Below are positions 39,801 to 52,909 of a stretch of DNA of 64,000 nucleotides, piece after piece. This DNA comes from Lingula anatina (lineage: Eukaryota > Animalia > Brachiopoda). Within the stretch, counting starts at the first letter, position 1, and the number at the start of each line of letters is the position of its first letter. Location of the stretch: contig CM120646.1 in NCBI GenBank assembly GCA_051362555.1, positions 7,192,001-7,256,000 of the forward strand, written 5' to 3'. A program made the translations under genes and the position numbers. The notes beneath the pieces are model-generated. The model did not search any database and was not told the origin of the DNA. It saw only the letters and a list, made by a program, of their open reading frames with translations.

Positions 39801-42800
39801 GGGTTCAAATAATTTGTGTGACTAAACTTTCTTGACCAAACAGGCTTATAGAGTTAATTTTATTGATTGTATTGCTTAGATGTGTAAACATATTCCTATA
39901 AATATGAACTTGGCAATAACTGTAAATAATAAGGTTAATTATGTACAGAATACATCAGTCTTATATGGGTATGAGTACTTGTCCGTATAACAGTGACTCT
40001 CTTGACCCTCACTGGTTAAATCACAGTGCTCTTTCCATCAACTCAATTTCAACTTATTGTGTTTAACGAATGTCCTCACAGATATCCTTGCACTGGCTTA
40101 CACCTGACAAGGCAGCAGGAAAAAAAAAGGCTGTTATACTTTTCCCCTATCATTATATGTTTTCCCCATACCTTATAAAAGTTGTGTGTACTTCAGGAAA
40201 CATGGGTGACTGTGCCACACTACCAGGACTGCTGAGACTGCTGCTAACAGAGGGCGCTGGTGAGGCCTGACATGTGACCCTGTCCACAGCCTCTGACATT
40301 GTCCTCATGTTGGCCTGAGCCACATTCTGAGTCAGAGCTTGTTTTAATTTCTGAAATGACCATGTTGAGAGTCAGACTATTGAAACCAGACTAAACCAAT
40401 GACACTACTCTCAAAAATGGTATTGGAGGGGTGTGAACATGCAACCTATAGACTAGCAAGAATTATATTCCAGGTAATTGTCTTCTTAATGTTTTTATCC
40501 TATCATCTTTATCCATATGATTAATTTTTTGGGAAAATTGTCCAGAAAATAATTAAATAAAAACTATTTTATGATATTCTACAATAAGAAATCCATTAAT
40601 CAAGGGGGGGGGGGAGAGATAAAAATACCACAAGTAAGTAATCTGATACTTCGGATGCTCAATTTTTATGCTTATGCTTTTTATCATTTTTTCATTCTCT
40701 TTATTTGCCATTCATAATTTTTTAAAAATCTTATTTCTACCTGTTTGGTTAGAGATGAGGTGCTAGTTGCCGCGGCCGTTACTGTGGACTTTGGTGTTGT
40801 TGGTGGCTTGGTTGCCGTGGTAACAGTAGTGGCTGGAATGACTGAAGGCACCTGAAAGCAGAGCAGTTAAGTAAGTGAAACTTACAAAACTTGTCAAACA
40901 ATTTTATCCAAAAAATCTCATCAACATCTGAAGCCAACTTTGAATTTGTTATCCAATACAATAATTGTAAATGTTACCATTACCTGTTCATTAGGGCTTC
41001 CTACAGCTGTATACTATAGGTATGGTATAACATGTATTCTTTTAAAATACTTCAACTAAATGTTACTATTACCTGAGCAGTATGACCTCTTTTAGCTGTA
41101 CAGGTACAGTATAACCTGTATATTAATTCTTCAACTAAATGTTACCATTACCTAAGCAGTGCCAGTAGGACTTCTTATAGCTGTACAGGTATAGTATATT
41201 CCCATACCTAGATCAATCTAGCAGGATAGACCCATCTCCTAAGGGGTTCTCGCTGAATTGCATTCAGCTTAAGCAGCTTAGATGTCTGTCACACCTACTG
41301 AAGCTGCTAAATGATAGTTAATTAGCCCTAACAGCTTTAGCACACGTGCCAGAGTCTTACTATTTCTGTTACCTGAGCAGTAGGACTTCCTATAGCTGCT
41401 GGGATCTGCACAGGTATGGTATGACCCCCAGGGAGTTGCAGTAATACCTGCATTGTTGTCACTTGGGTTCCCAGAGCGGCACTCATGGAGCTAAACCAAA
41501 AGAGTGAAATTGTTACAATAATTTTTTATTATTTAAAATGAAGAAAATGATGAAGAGGGTAAAGCAAAGAATGTTCAACATTAACATAGCAAAATGTAAT
41601 TTTCTTGGACACTTCAAACCTTTTTTTTCTTTAATCAACAAGGTGTACCCTATGTAAAAGTTCTGAAAAATTACAACAGTTCTATAAAACATAATTTTAT
41701 TTCAATTTTGGAGTCACTCTAGTGAAAATTAATGGAGATGCGAGTTGCTAAATTACACTTCTGATGTTAAAAATTGCACCTCTTTAAAGTGAGAGCTCAT
41801 TATTCTTTAAACAAATGTCCTACATAGATCTATCTAACTCTACAGGAACTCTTCCTGAATAAAATCAGATTAACTGACTAACACACCTCCTCTTCCTTCC
41901 AAATTGTACTCGCCAGCTCTGAATTTTTCTCGATGGCAGGAGGCGGCATGTTGATCTGTAAAACTGATTGCAAGCAGTGAGAGTCCCTGCAGAACTGAAT
42001 CGATCTACATAGAACTAAAGTTTCATTGGGAGTGAGCCCTGGGTGTCTCACCAGACCCCCCCCCCACTCACCTGTTGATGACTCCCAGTGGCTGCTGCCC
42101 CAGTACAACCTGTTGCTGGGACTGGTCCACAGACATCGCCTCCACCACACTGGGCATGCTCACTTGACCTGTCCCACCCGCTGCCACCGGGGTGGGGCCA
42201 CTTCCAGATGACCTCCGTGCTGGCACATTTGATGAGGTCACGGCAGAGGGCATTGGGGACTTCTGTGTTGCCACATTATGTATGGGAAAGCCAACGCTGT
42301 GCGCTTGGTCAATGTCCTCTTCCTCACTGTTATACTCGCTGTCCATGCTCAAGTCAACGTCGATGGACTGCTGCGATAGTTTATTTGCACCTCTCGTTTT
42401 GGGTGAAACTGACTGAAGGGTGCTGGGTGCTGTGATCTTGGCTGTTGATGTGACACACGATTCTCTTCCAGAACCACCAGCTGTGGTCACGTGGGACGCC
42501 TCCTCAGTGTCGGAGACGACCCTGACCACCTCCTCCTCTTCCTCCCTGTCTGCCCCACTCGTTGCTGTTCCCTCGTCATCCTCAGTTGAGGGTAGGGTCA
42601 GTTTGGATTGTCTTATCTTGCGTGAAGTGGCAGCACTGGGCAGTCCATTGTCCAGTGGCATTAGCATCTTTGGTAATACCGGGGTGTCCACACTGGACAT
42701 GGGGCCCGGCAGAGGGGCATTCTGGACAAGGAAAAGTTAGCATTTGTTTACTTATAATACTTTAAGTTTACATTTGTTAAATTATGTGATACACTCTGTA

Positions 42801-44406
42801 CAGTGAAAAGTTGTACATTGTTTTAACATGTGATACAATCTAGTTAAATACTGTTCTTTTAGCTACTAATACACTCCACAGTGACAATGTACGATTATTA
42901 TGCCATGCATTTTGCACAGTGAAATATATAACTTTTTTTAATATCATGTAATACTAGCAAACCTCAAAGCTATTTGCATATCTTAACCTAGTCATAAACT
43001 TAATAGTATCTACACACCAGGGTTTCCCCAGTGAACCATCCAGCCATCATTTGAACGGTCATCAGCATCATCGAACAGCCTACATTATCAAAGTTGGCTG
43101 GACGGCTAATGGAATTTTTTTTTTTTTTTGAAAATATGATGGCTTAAGGCATACTTGGACTCCCAGATATTTTGTAGGAAATTACAGGTGGTATATTTAG
43201 ACGGCCTGTGACCCCAATCCTTGGAAGAAACCTGTCTACATGTAGTAAACTCACCTCTGATACTGCTGGCTCATAATCAATGGCCTTCTTAAAAGACTCA
43301 TCAAAGGGATTTCCCTTGAGTTCTTGGAACAGACCAATTTCATCGCAATTCTTCAGGAACTTGGTTGGTGTCGGTGTTTGATCTGAAATAAGCAGAATAG
43401 GCTCTGATCATGTGATTTTAGAATTTGACCTAAAATAGTCTACTATGTTAAAATTTATCTAATAAATATCTCAAGGTTGTGATCTGTGATTTTCAAATTA
43501 GATCGTTTACTTAATGGTATGTCTTTCATTGACAATTGTTTCATTTATTTTTTAAGTTTAAATACTATAACAAAGTGTTGACAAAAGTTTTTTTTTTCTT
43601 CACAAGAGCAGAAAAGAAATGTAACCACAGAGGATACAACAATTAGCATGGGACATAAATGAAATAAGTTGGCATGCTAATCCTCTTTTGCATCAAACTT
43701 TTTCAGTGGAGATAATAAATCGTATAAATTTGGGATAGAAAACAGAACAACATTTCAACATTGACTAACCCAGGAATAAAAAAATTACACTACCATAAAA
43801 CAGTGGAATATCCAAAGAAAGCAGCACCTATGGCAAGCACTAAAATTGTATCCCTATGTAATCACCTTATAACTGGTCAATTTTTTAGAATTTAATCTAC
43901 TAGTAAATGATTTTAATAATTTTAAAAAGCAGTTAAGTAGGGATGAGACAAGGGGTCTAGATACGGTATATGTGGTTCCTAAAAAGGCAAAAAGCTGACG
44001 AGATCTGTAAAAATCTCATTACAGATTACTACATGACACAATGCCTGCCCCTTTTCATATTACGTACCCTGGGGACTTGCTCTACCTACACTACCCTAGA
44101 CATGCCAGTGCTTACCAACAAATAAGATCTTATTGATTTCCTTGGTGGAGGTGTTCAGGGTCAGGGCAAACTGGTGCTTCTGCTTGTGGACTGCCAGCCG
44201 ATCCTCATTGGTGAAACGCTAAAAAAGAAGTTATGGTAGTGATAGGTATGTTTCACATTACTTGTTATGTTATAATCTGATGTAACATGTGATAAATTCT
44301 GTGCAGTGAAAATATACAATGAGAGAGAGAGAATGAGAGAGAGAGAGAGACTCACCATTCCACATCCCTCCACTTCACATACAAAAGGCTTGTCATGGTC
44401 GGCCAT
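36884..44406 (-). CDS. ATF2: ATF2/ATF7/CREB5-family bZIP transcription factor, 595 aa
   Basis: Coding exons 44406-44356, 44218-44116, 43382-43255, 42721-42072, 41490-41373, 40851-40741, 40350-40172, 39753-39682, 39166-39070, 37942-37831, 37050-36884 (1788 nt, phases consistent). C2H2 finger DKPFVCEVEGCGMRFTNEDRLAVHKQKH, MAPK site DQTPTPTKFL, LLQLPGGHTIPV, KLKQALTQ, bZIP KRRKFLERNRAAAARCRNKRK...LLLAHKDCPVT. Confidence 0.96.
37215..37850. repeat. ~66-bp diverged tandem array containing the 3' end and donor of ATF2 coding exon 10
   Basis: Core AAAACTAACCCACCTGAGTCTAGTTTATA at 37818, with variants at ~37750, 37490, 37425, 37357, 37291, 37224. Confidence 0.8.
38213..38800. repeat. ~30-bp G-rich minisatellite, ~19 copies, intronic
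   Basis: Unit GAAAGGGGCAGGGTATGTGGATAGGATGTGT, decaying toward 38950. Confidence 0.95.
40965..41198. repeat. Three ~80-90-bp copies of the 3' end and donor of ATF2 coding exon 5
   Basis: TTACCTGAGCAGTAGGACTTCCTATAGCTG..CAGGTATGGTAT (41369-41422) is echoed at ~40980, ~41069, ~41148. Confidence 0.75.
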
Positions 44407-45449
44407 TGACTGACCGTAAACCAAATACTGACCACCTGACCCCTGTTGTATGTGTCCTACTGTGACACTATGAGTAATTCTCCCACTACATTCAATGTCC
44501 AAATGTCATTTACTTCTATCCTCTCACATCTTCAGTCCATCATGTAAACCCCATCAGATGTTTGGTTAATGACATCAAAACAATCAAATCTAAAAGGCAA
44601 GAAAAATTAAGGTAAAAGTTATTAATAGTTATTCTTTACCTCCCAGGATGAATCTGGTTCAGAACACTCTGTGTCTAACATCTCAAGGGGATTTTAGGCA
44701 GCCCTGCCACCAGAAATGTGGAGTCAATGGGCAAGATATATCAAAGCTATAAACCCGTTTTAGTTGAGTTATGACGAAAATGTAATATATTTAAAAGACC
44801 CAATGAGTCTGTTTTATGGACACATATTGGTTATTCATGTTCAGGGCCTCGTAGTTTTATCAACGTGACTGGAATGCCAAGTTCCCACTAAAAGTGAGTA
44901 TTCTAAATTTAGCCCCGAACAAGGACTTGTATTGCAGCTTAGGCTTAAAATGCTGACGCTGCACGTTGGGAAAACCAGTGGAATTTCCAAGCCACGGAGG
45001 GTAAAATTCAAGGTGCGCCCATTTAAGTCTCCTCGAATAAAATTAACAAACCACAGGAAGAGCTGTCAAACAATCAGTAAAGCTACATGAAAATATCTAA
45101 ATAATTTCATTTTCGCCAATGCCAATTTATTTGTGATCATGATGCAAAACACGAATAAATGCCCCTGTGAAATTACACAAATAACGACATGCACCATATT
45201 AAAAAGGGGGAATCCCAGTGGAATTCCCAAACATATCAGAAGTCCTTTGACATACGACGCTTTTCTTCAAATTGAACGTCGATTGTTATTCCTGTAAAAC
45301 TGCTCCGATAACGGACCACGTGGACGCAGAATTCATCCACATCTTACCCTCAAGTATCAAACGTATAGTTTAAAATCAAGCTAGACATCTAGACCCACGA
45401 TCAATTTACTAGACTGGGAGGAATTCGGGGTTTATTCTACCTTACTTAC

Positions 45450-45494
45450 CCTTTCGTTTACAAAATGGAGGTGCACGTTGTACCGTGACGTCAC
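45450..45494 (-). promoter_or_regulatory. Candidate ATF2 first non-coding exon and proximal CRE
   Basis: Donor GG|GTAAGT at 45450/45449, YY1-like CCATTTT at ~45462-45468, perfect palindrome GTGACGTCAC at 45485-45494. Next acceptor at 44590. Confidence 0.6.
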
Positions 45495-47092
45495 TTGTTT
45501 TCCATTTATAGATCACAAGACAAGCCTTCAATGTTCACTTATTTCATTCGGTTCAGAGTAAAATTTTGAGTACAAATAATGAAACTGGGCAGAAATAAAA
45601 TAACCCATGCACTGTGTACATGAAGTTTCAAGCAAATGTAGCAAAACATGGTAATATTTAAATGAAAATTAATTAGCAAAAAGTGATGACGAAGTACACA
45701 TACAGGTGCCCGAGGGAACTTTGAGCACAGAGTTCATTGAGTAGACCTTTATTCAGATTAAATATATTTCGAAGCAAGCTTGCTTTATTCTTTACTTGTA
45801 TCATGCAGGTAGTTGCGATTTCAGTTCAAAATTACATATGAAAAAATTTCTATTTTAAACGGAGTTTTTTTATTATTTATTTATTTATTTATTTATTATT
45901 ATTATTTTTTTTTGTCAAATTTTAGTTTAAACCATCGAGGTGCATGAGTTATAATCATGCTACCTGAATCTTCCGATGTATTTTCTACTTAGAATTTTAA
46001 TCAAATTTTGATGGATGCTTTCGCTTGTAAAAGGATGGAGTCGCTTAATTTATTTATGACTTTATAAAGTAAAAATTAGTCTCGGTTAAGTATACGGGAC
46101 CTACTGTATACCTATATGTTAAAACTGTAGGAGGCCTAAGCCTAGATGTGTCTTAATTGGTTTCAGTAGGCCCACTCTTTCTGCAGGAATTAGTTTGGTA
46201 ATTTCTTGTGCTTCATCACGTGTACCAGTATAGTGTAGGCCTATAGGCCTACAAAGAATAGTTTGCAGTCACGAGAGAAAGGCTTGGTTTATTCAGTGTC
46301 TTCAGTCGCACCATATGCTGTCTATTAAAACGGGACGATAGGGACCTATTCTTGAACTGTAAGGCGCCGTGCCAATAAAAAAACTGAAGTTATCATGTTA
46401 TAAAGACTAGAGTATCCAGGCGTGTGCACTGTCCCGGTTTCCCCACGGCCCGCAAGCATCGGGTACCAGCTTGAACCGACCACAAGGTCAGCATTATCGA
46501 ACTGTTTGCGTTCTTGTGCTAACGTTGATAAACACAGGAATGGGAATTTCTTAAAACTTACAATAATAGGGGCCTACTACAATTTATTGATCCCTAATTG
46601 CGTTTACATAATTCATTTATGATTACTAAAGTACTTATGAAATTGAATGTTATTGTTTAAAATTGTAGACCTACATAATAGTTAACTAAAATATTATTCT
46701 ATAGTTTTTCTTTTTGTTTAAAAAACGGAAGGCGTGTACATAGGCCTATGGCAAAATACATGTAATCACCAGACTCACAAATTAATTTTAATGGAGTCGC
46801 ATGCATGTGCACGCGATTTGTTAATTACATCTGTATCAGTCGAAATTATCTTCTTTTCAATTGTCCCTTAATCTCACTTAAACTTAATTTAAGATTTTGC
46901 GATTTCTGTCACTCCAATTTCTTCCATAAAACTAGGCAATGTCCATGTAATAGGCCTATATAAATTGATTTTTGGTTTTGGAAATAAAGCTGCGGTGATG
47001 CGGACTCGAGCCGAAACCAAGACTTTCCGGAGTCGGATTAGAGCCCCTAGAATCAACTATCTTACATAAATATGTCCCGCTGTAGATGTAAG

Positions 47093-49380
47093 TAGGGGGG
47101 GTCCTTAGATAACCTTTTTCCCCAAAACAGTGCCAAAACCACCTAAAAAGATGCTTATACATCTTAAAAACAAACTGCAAAAAACCAAATTAGTCTAACT
47201 CTATTATCAGAGCTGCTACTTAGGTTTTAGTATTTTGGAGAAAAATCGCTAAAAATACTTAAACGCTGTATTTTTTAAGACATGATGGTTTTTCATACCA
47301 ATGTTTATAATTACATTTTAACACTAATATCATTGTGACTAATAATTCTGACAGACTAAATGCATATGAAAACTAAACTCAATGTTCTAACACCTAGATG
47401 ATGATTCATAATAAGTTCAAAAAGAATTCAATTCACTAAGAATTCAATGCTTTTTGGAAGCTTAAGTCAGTTAGCGTTATGGTGGATCTTTCTTTCTTTT
47501 TTTCCAACAACTTTTCAGGTTCATTCCAAACTGTTCTAGAGTTAATATCCTTCTCTTCTCTCCAATAATATTGAATATCCTAAAGACAGGACTACATTTT
47601 GGCTGTGATAGGGATGTGTCTCTAGCGTATGTGACTCTCCCCCCCCCCCCCCCCCCCATGAAATTTTGACTCCCCCTACAGAACTTTATAAATCTTATTT
47701 TATTTGAGTATATGACTTTTATCTTGTAGTATGCAGTATCTTGTAGAGGATACATTGGCACTTTATGCTAGTTTGCAGGTAAATGTTTTCATGAGAATAG
47801 AAGAAAATTAAAAATGTGTATTCTACCAAACAATGAATCCCCTATGGAAAATCTGTTTATTTGATATTTGGTGATCATTTCAATTTTCACCATTTTTTTA
47901 CCACCAAACTTTCAAATACTAACAAAATATATGTCACAATGCAATCTATGTGGAAGATAATGGTATGGTGACTAAATATAAAATGGGGTTTTGTCTTCAT
48001 GGGAGTCCAAATACCATGGATATGAAAATGGAGATTTTTCAAGATTTTTATTTCATTTTTTTCACCCAATATTTTACAATCAAACTTTCTAATATTTCAA
48101 ATATGTTCTTAATAAAGTATACTTAATGGAAAAGTATTGAAATGATCATCAAATATCAAATAGCTTTTTCATAGGGGAGTCTTTGGGTTGTCATATACTC
48201 AAATAAAAGAAGATTTGTAGGGGGGGAGTCAAAATTTCATGGGGGGGGAGTCAGATTTTCATTATGAAATTTTGACGGGGGGGGGGGGGGGGGGGGGCAG
48301 ATTTTCATGTTACACCGGTATTCAGTAAAAACAGTTTTCCTTATTTTGCTAGTTTCTTTTAGCACAGTCCCTCAAGCCACAGCCTCTAGTTTTGGTTTCT
48401 TCCTCAATCTTTGATCAGTGTCACCACACTGCCGTTCCATTTGAAGGTTGTGGACAGGGGTCTCGTCCATGTTTTCACACTGATCAAACACAGAATATTC
48501 AACTGGATATTCACCAAATCCATAGTATTCTCTGCGTTGCATAGCCTGAACCTTTGCTATTTCTGGTAATATCTTCTTTGTCAAAGCTTTGCACTCATTT
48601 AGATGTGCACTAGCACATCGTTTCACACTCTCAACTACATGTAGGCCATAGTTATCTTTCACTTCCTAGAATAATTCTTGGTTGAAACGGGAAAACTCGG
48701 GAGCATCTAACTGAAAGAAATTCTCATTTACCACATTTCTACTGAGCTCTAGATGTAATGATTGAAACTTTTCTTTCAATTTGCTGTGTTGCACCCCTGG
48801 ATATTGTTATGGCATGAAACTAATTGAATGCTACAACAGCAGCAACTATTCTGATATATTCCAATGCCAGAGCATCTCTTACAAGACAAACTAGATGCCA
48901 TCATTGTCTAGCTAGTTTTTCAGTAATACAGTATAGATACCCTAAAAAGATCATGAAATCATGAGAAATCTAAAAGGAAAAATGTCATCAAAACTATGAA
49001 TAATGAATTACCATGATGATGTTATTGATATAAGGTGTCAATGCCGCTATGATTTTGAGTATTTAGCTACCTTTCAAATAAACTTTTTACACAAATTTCT
49101 TAAAAACCAAATAAAAAAAACCCATCTATTTGGCTTTGGTGAGTTTGAAATAACTTGTCAGGCCTATATAACTTTCATTCATGTTGTAGGAAGACAGTCC
49201 CGAAACCGTAGAAAATCGTGAAAATTGCGCTAAAGTGCTAAAAATCGCGTAATCATAAAATGCAAGTAGCAGCTGAGTTATCAATGATCTTTCAAAAAGA
49301 ACATTTGAAATATTGTTTTTAGGTGTGTAAGGAACTTTTAAGCTGGTTTTGACATATTTTTGGAATTATGGACCCCCCTA
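47093..49380 (-). mobile_element. Defective hAT-superfamily transposon with 7-bp TSD (hATw-like) and transposase remnant
   Basis: Termini TAG(G)nTCC...GGACCCCCCTA with extended imperfect TIRs. ATGTAAG flanks both sides (47086-47092, 49381-49387). Remnant ~48960-48372 includes PVHNLQMERQCG (hAT C-terminal catalytic-Glu motif) and in-frame stops. Confidence 0.8.
47632..48318. mobile_element. Nested foldback/MITE inside the hAT element
   Basis: ATGAAATTTTGACTCCCCCTAC...TTTGAGTATATGAC (47658-47715) is inverted at 48190-48240. Ends in TGTTACACCGG. Confidence 0.6.
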
Positions 49381-49513
49381 ATGTAAGAACCCAACACCTC
49401 TTTTACTTGGTGTTATTGAAGACGTACATTATATATAGGGGCGGATCCAGGATTACCTTCGGGGAGGGGGGGGGTAATTATAATTTATTAGAATCCTCCC
49501 AACCCCCATCCCA

Positions 49514-49560
<47 letters not shown>

Positions 49561-51924
49561 AAATTCAATGTGTTGACGGAACTATTCAAATTTAGCATCA
49601 AACAAATTAATTTTAAATTAATATATTAACAATAAACTCGTTAAATTCACGATGCAGGACTCCGATATTTTCGACATGTAAGAATTTTTGTCGCATACTC
49701 GATTGACTGACCACATCTGAGATGACCTCGCGTCATAATCAAGTAGGCCTACGTCTGTGTTAAGAGGCATTAATATACAAGACAGTCGAAGGGAAAGATT
49801 GAAATTAGGTGGATGGCATTGAAAGTCACAGGCCGCATTTTGGGCACTTTTTTACTCTTACTCAGAAGAAAATCCCTGTTTAAATATAAAACTCTGCGTA
49901 CTTCAAGAAGAATGCATCCACACATAGGCAGCCAGTTGGAAATTTTGACGCCACTCGCGCTTTACCCGTCCTGGAAATTTATGTTTCGACCTTTATATTT
50001 CAGAAAAAAATGCAGCTGCAGGTTATTAAATTTATCCATGTGAAATACACCAAACACCTTTACACCGCCACCTATTCCTTGTCAAAAATATGACAGTAGG
50101 CCTTACCAAAAAACATATGGATTTGTTCTTTATCTGTGTTGCGTATAGTCCCATGTTGGCCGCTCAAACCCCCTTGGTCGGTTAAAAGAATTGATTTTAA
50201 TCATCAAAACCAACAAGAATAATTCTGACATATATTTCTAGTTAAAGGAGATAAAATTTATATTTCTACTCTTCTTGGTAATTGTTATCATTAAAAAGAT
50301 GATAAGCAAGACGTAACCTTCCAAAACTGAGGCAAATGCACGATAACGATTTTATAGCGTAAACAAGAAATTATAAACAAGTTTTTATGTACACTAATTT
50401 ACCAACCATAAATTGAGTTTTCTAGTTAATATAACAATGAGGACTTATTTTGTGTGAAAAAAAAAGCGTGGGGTTCGGGCCCCGAAAACTTTTGGAATTT
50501 TAAAGGGTGAACGGTGCCATTTGGTACGGTTTAGAACTATGATTCAGCTAATCAAAATCCTAATTTCAAGAAGGGACCATTGCTGTGATTTCTTTTTCAG
50601 AAATCGAAGGGGGGATCAGGACCCCCTGACACCCCCCTCCCCCAAATCCGCCACTGCAACCTCCTCCCCTACCAAACCCAACCAAAGTATAAAAAATGCT
50701 GTAGAAAATGCAATTGAGAGGTGTGAAATTACCACTTTTATTTTACCCAAATCACCAATAACGCCGGCGAATTTTGAGTGACGCTAGATGTTGAGCTTTC
50801 TATTAAAATAAGCATTTTTCATCTTACACGCATGTGGCCTGCGCTATGCGCTTAGCTATTCTTTTCATGAAGTAACAGGCTATACTATAGCCTAACAATT
50901 GATCTAAACTCTTAACCTGCATCACATGATTGCAATTGAAATGATCTCTTTGAGAAAAAGTACGTATCAACTTGATTGAGAGGGCAGACGGGCCAGGACT
51001 AAGTTCACCCTTCGCCTTGAGTGATTTTTGGAAGTTAAAAGTAACCATTTTTTAAAAATTTTTGACGATTTTTGGTTACCGAAGTGGATCTGAAAACCTG
51101 TGCCTTAATTTGGCGATACTATTGCAAACATTGTAGTCAAGATAGGCAGTATTTGTACACAGATGCAGGTACGCTGCTGTATTCCCACCACGCTTAAAAA
51201 GACTGCGCAACTACACGTTTCTTTATATTGAAGGGGAGACCAGAACTACAATGTGGCTTGCCCAGTTAGAAACAAACGAAAGCTCAAGTAAAACTTAACG
51301 AGCGTTTTCTTAACATTATTTTTGTGGAATCTGGTCACTTAAAAAATTTGAATAGTCCGCACACTTTTTATATTATTCTTTTCCTCGTAGGTTCTCTTTC
51401 ATAAACTGACGAGGGACCAACTTACCCCGGGGTCCAGCTAGCCCCGGTCTCCCCTAAATAATATACAATATCACAGAAATTGCTCTTATGCCAGACAGAT
51501 AAATTGCTTCTGTTGTGTTTTATTTAATTGATTGTTATGTCATTGACGTCAGTTTTTTCGGTAAACCAAAGAAATTACATGAAGTAACTGTTGTTTTTGG
51601 TAGTAGGGTGATAGGCCTATGCCGCAACCACCCAGAGCATGTTTATGTATATTTCAACTAGTTCATTACCGTAGAAAGATTTTAAGTTAAAAAGAATGAA
51701 AACGAGAAGAATACTAATCAAAATATCTTGTAAGACTTGGTGAGGGGTAAAAGTGTTCCATTGTATCGCTACGGAGTCTTGATTTTATATTTTGCTTGAA
51801 AGGCTTTTAACATCAAGCGGTACACTGCACTGGACCGGTCCACTTTGAGAGATTGACAGCTTAATTCAATTCCTTGACTATCACGTAAAACAGTCGTCTT
51901 TACAGAGCCGACTTTTAGGGAGCA

Positions 51925-52172
51925 TTCCCAGACCCTATCGTACTAACTGTGGATCAAACTATCTCCAAGAGGATTCTCGCTAAATTGCAATCAACTTAAG
52001 GGGCTTCGATGTCTGCCACGCCTACTGAAGCTGCTAGGGGGTAATTAATTATCGTTTAGCAGCTACAGTAGGCGTGCCAGTCATCTAAGCCGCTTAAGCT
52101 GAAAGCCATTTAGCGAGAAACCCCTCGGAGATGGATCGATCCTTTTAGGTCGATCTAGGTATGGGAACCAGG
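51925..52172. mobile_element. ~250-bp palindromic MITE; family copies at ~34530-34720, ~41199-41350, ~57005-57235
   Basis: Shared TTCCCA..GATC..CTAAATTGC..CTTAAG..GCTT..ATGTCTG..CTACTGAAGCTGCTA arm, self-complementary around a central TAATTA. Confidence 0.8.
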
Positions 52173-52909
52173 TCTTATTGATACCCTCTACCAGGTCCAC
52201 AGATTGATATTTTACTAGATTTTCACCGATATGCCTCTGGCTAATTCGTGGCAAGAAAAATTCCAAATCATTTATCTGCGGCCCTGGTAGAGGATAGCTA
52301 ATTGATTGAATTAAGTAGAAAATACAACAGAAAAACTTCTGTAGAACGTGGGGAAAAAGGAGTAAAAAATACTGTAGCGCACTATCAAAATTGGATCTCT
52401 TAAAGTGGACCGGTTCGGTTAACTATAGGCTATCGTTCGGTGTGAAAAGTGCCTTACACATGCTTGTTTTTTCAAAGGAAGTGTATCAAGTTAGTACAAA
52501 AGAGCTAGCATTTAACTTGAGTGAAAATAAAAAAAAAAATAATAACAGGAAATAAAGACAGCTGGTAAGAAAACAAAACATGCACAATAGACCTGTGACT
52601 CTATTTACTACGTGCCCTTGGCATAAATGTATTTAATATCAATTCAAATATTTGTCAAGGCAAGTTACAAATAAAGATGACAGTAATCGTAATCCGTAGT
52701 CCGATGGGGTGTATTGAGTTCGTTATCCGTAGCATGTTGTTCGTCTAAGCACGTTTATGCGTTCAAATGGCATCCTCCAAGCCGTCCCCTTCCAAAGCGC
52801 CGGGTGCTACTGCCTTTTTATCTAAGCAAACCGAGTCACCGTAACCAGTGACAGGAGACGGTAAAATTCCCCGCTTTCCAAATCTGGAAAATATGTCTTC
52901 CGTTATTTC

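Noticed and set aside
44407-44502. N-terminal extension MDIECSGR... of ATF2
   Set aside because: It begins at TTG, not ATG, and family homology starts at MADHDKPF (44406).
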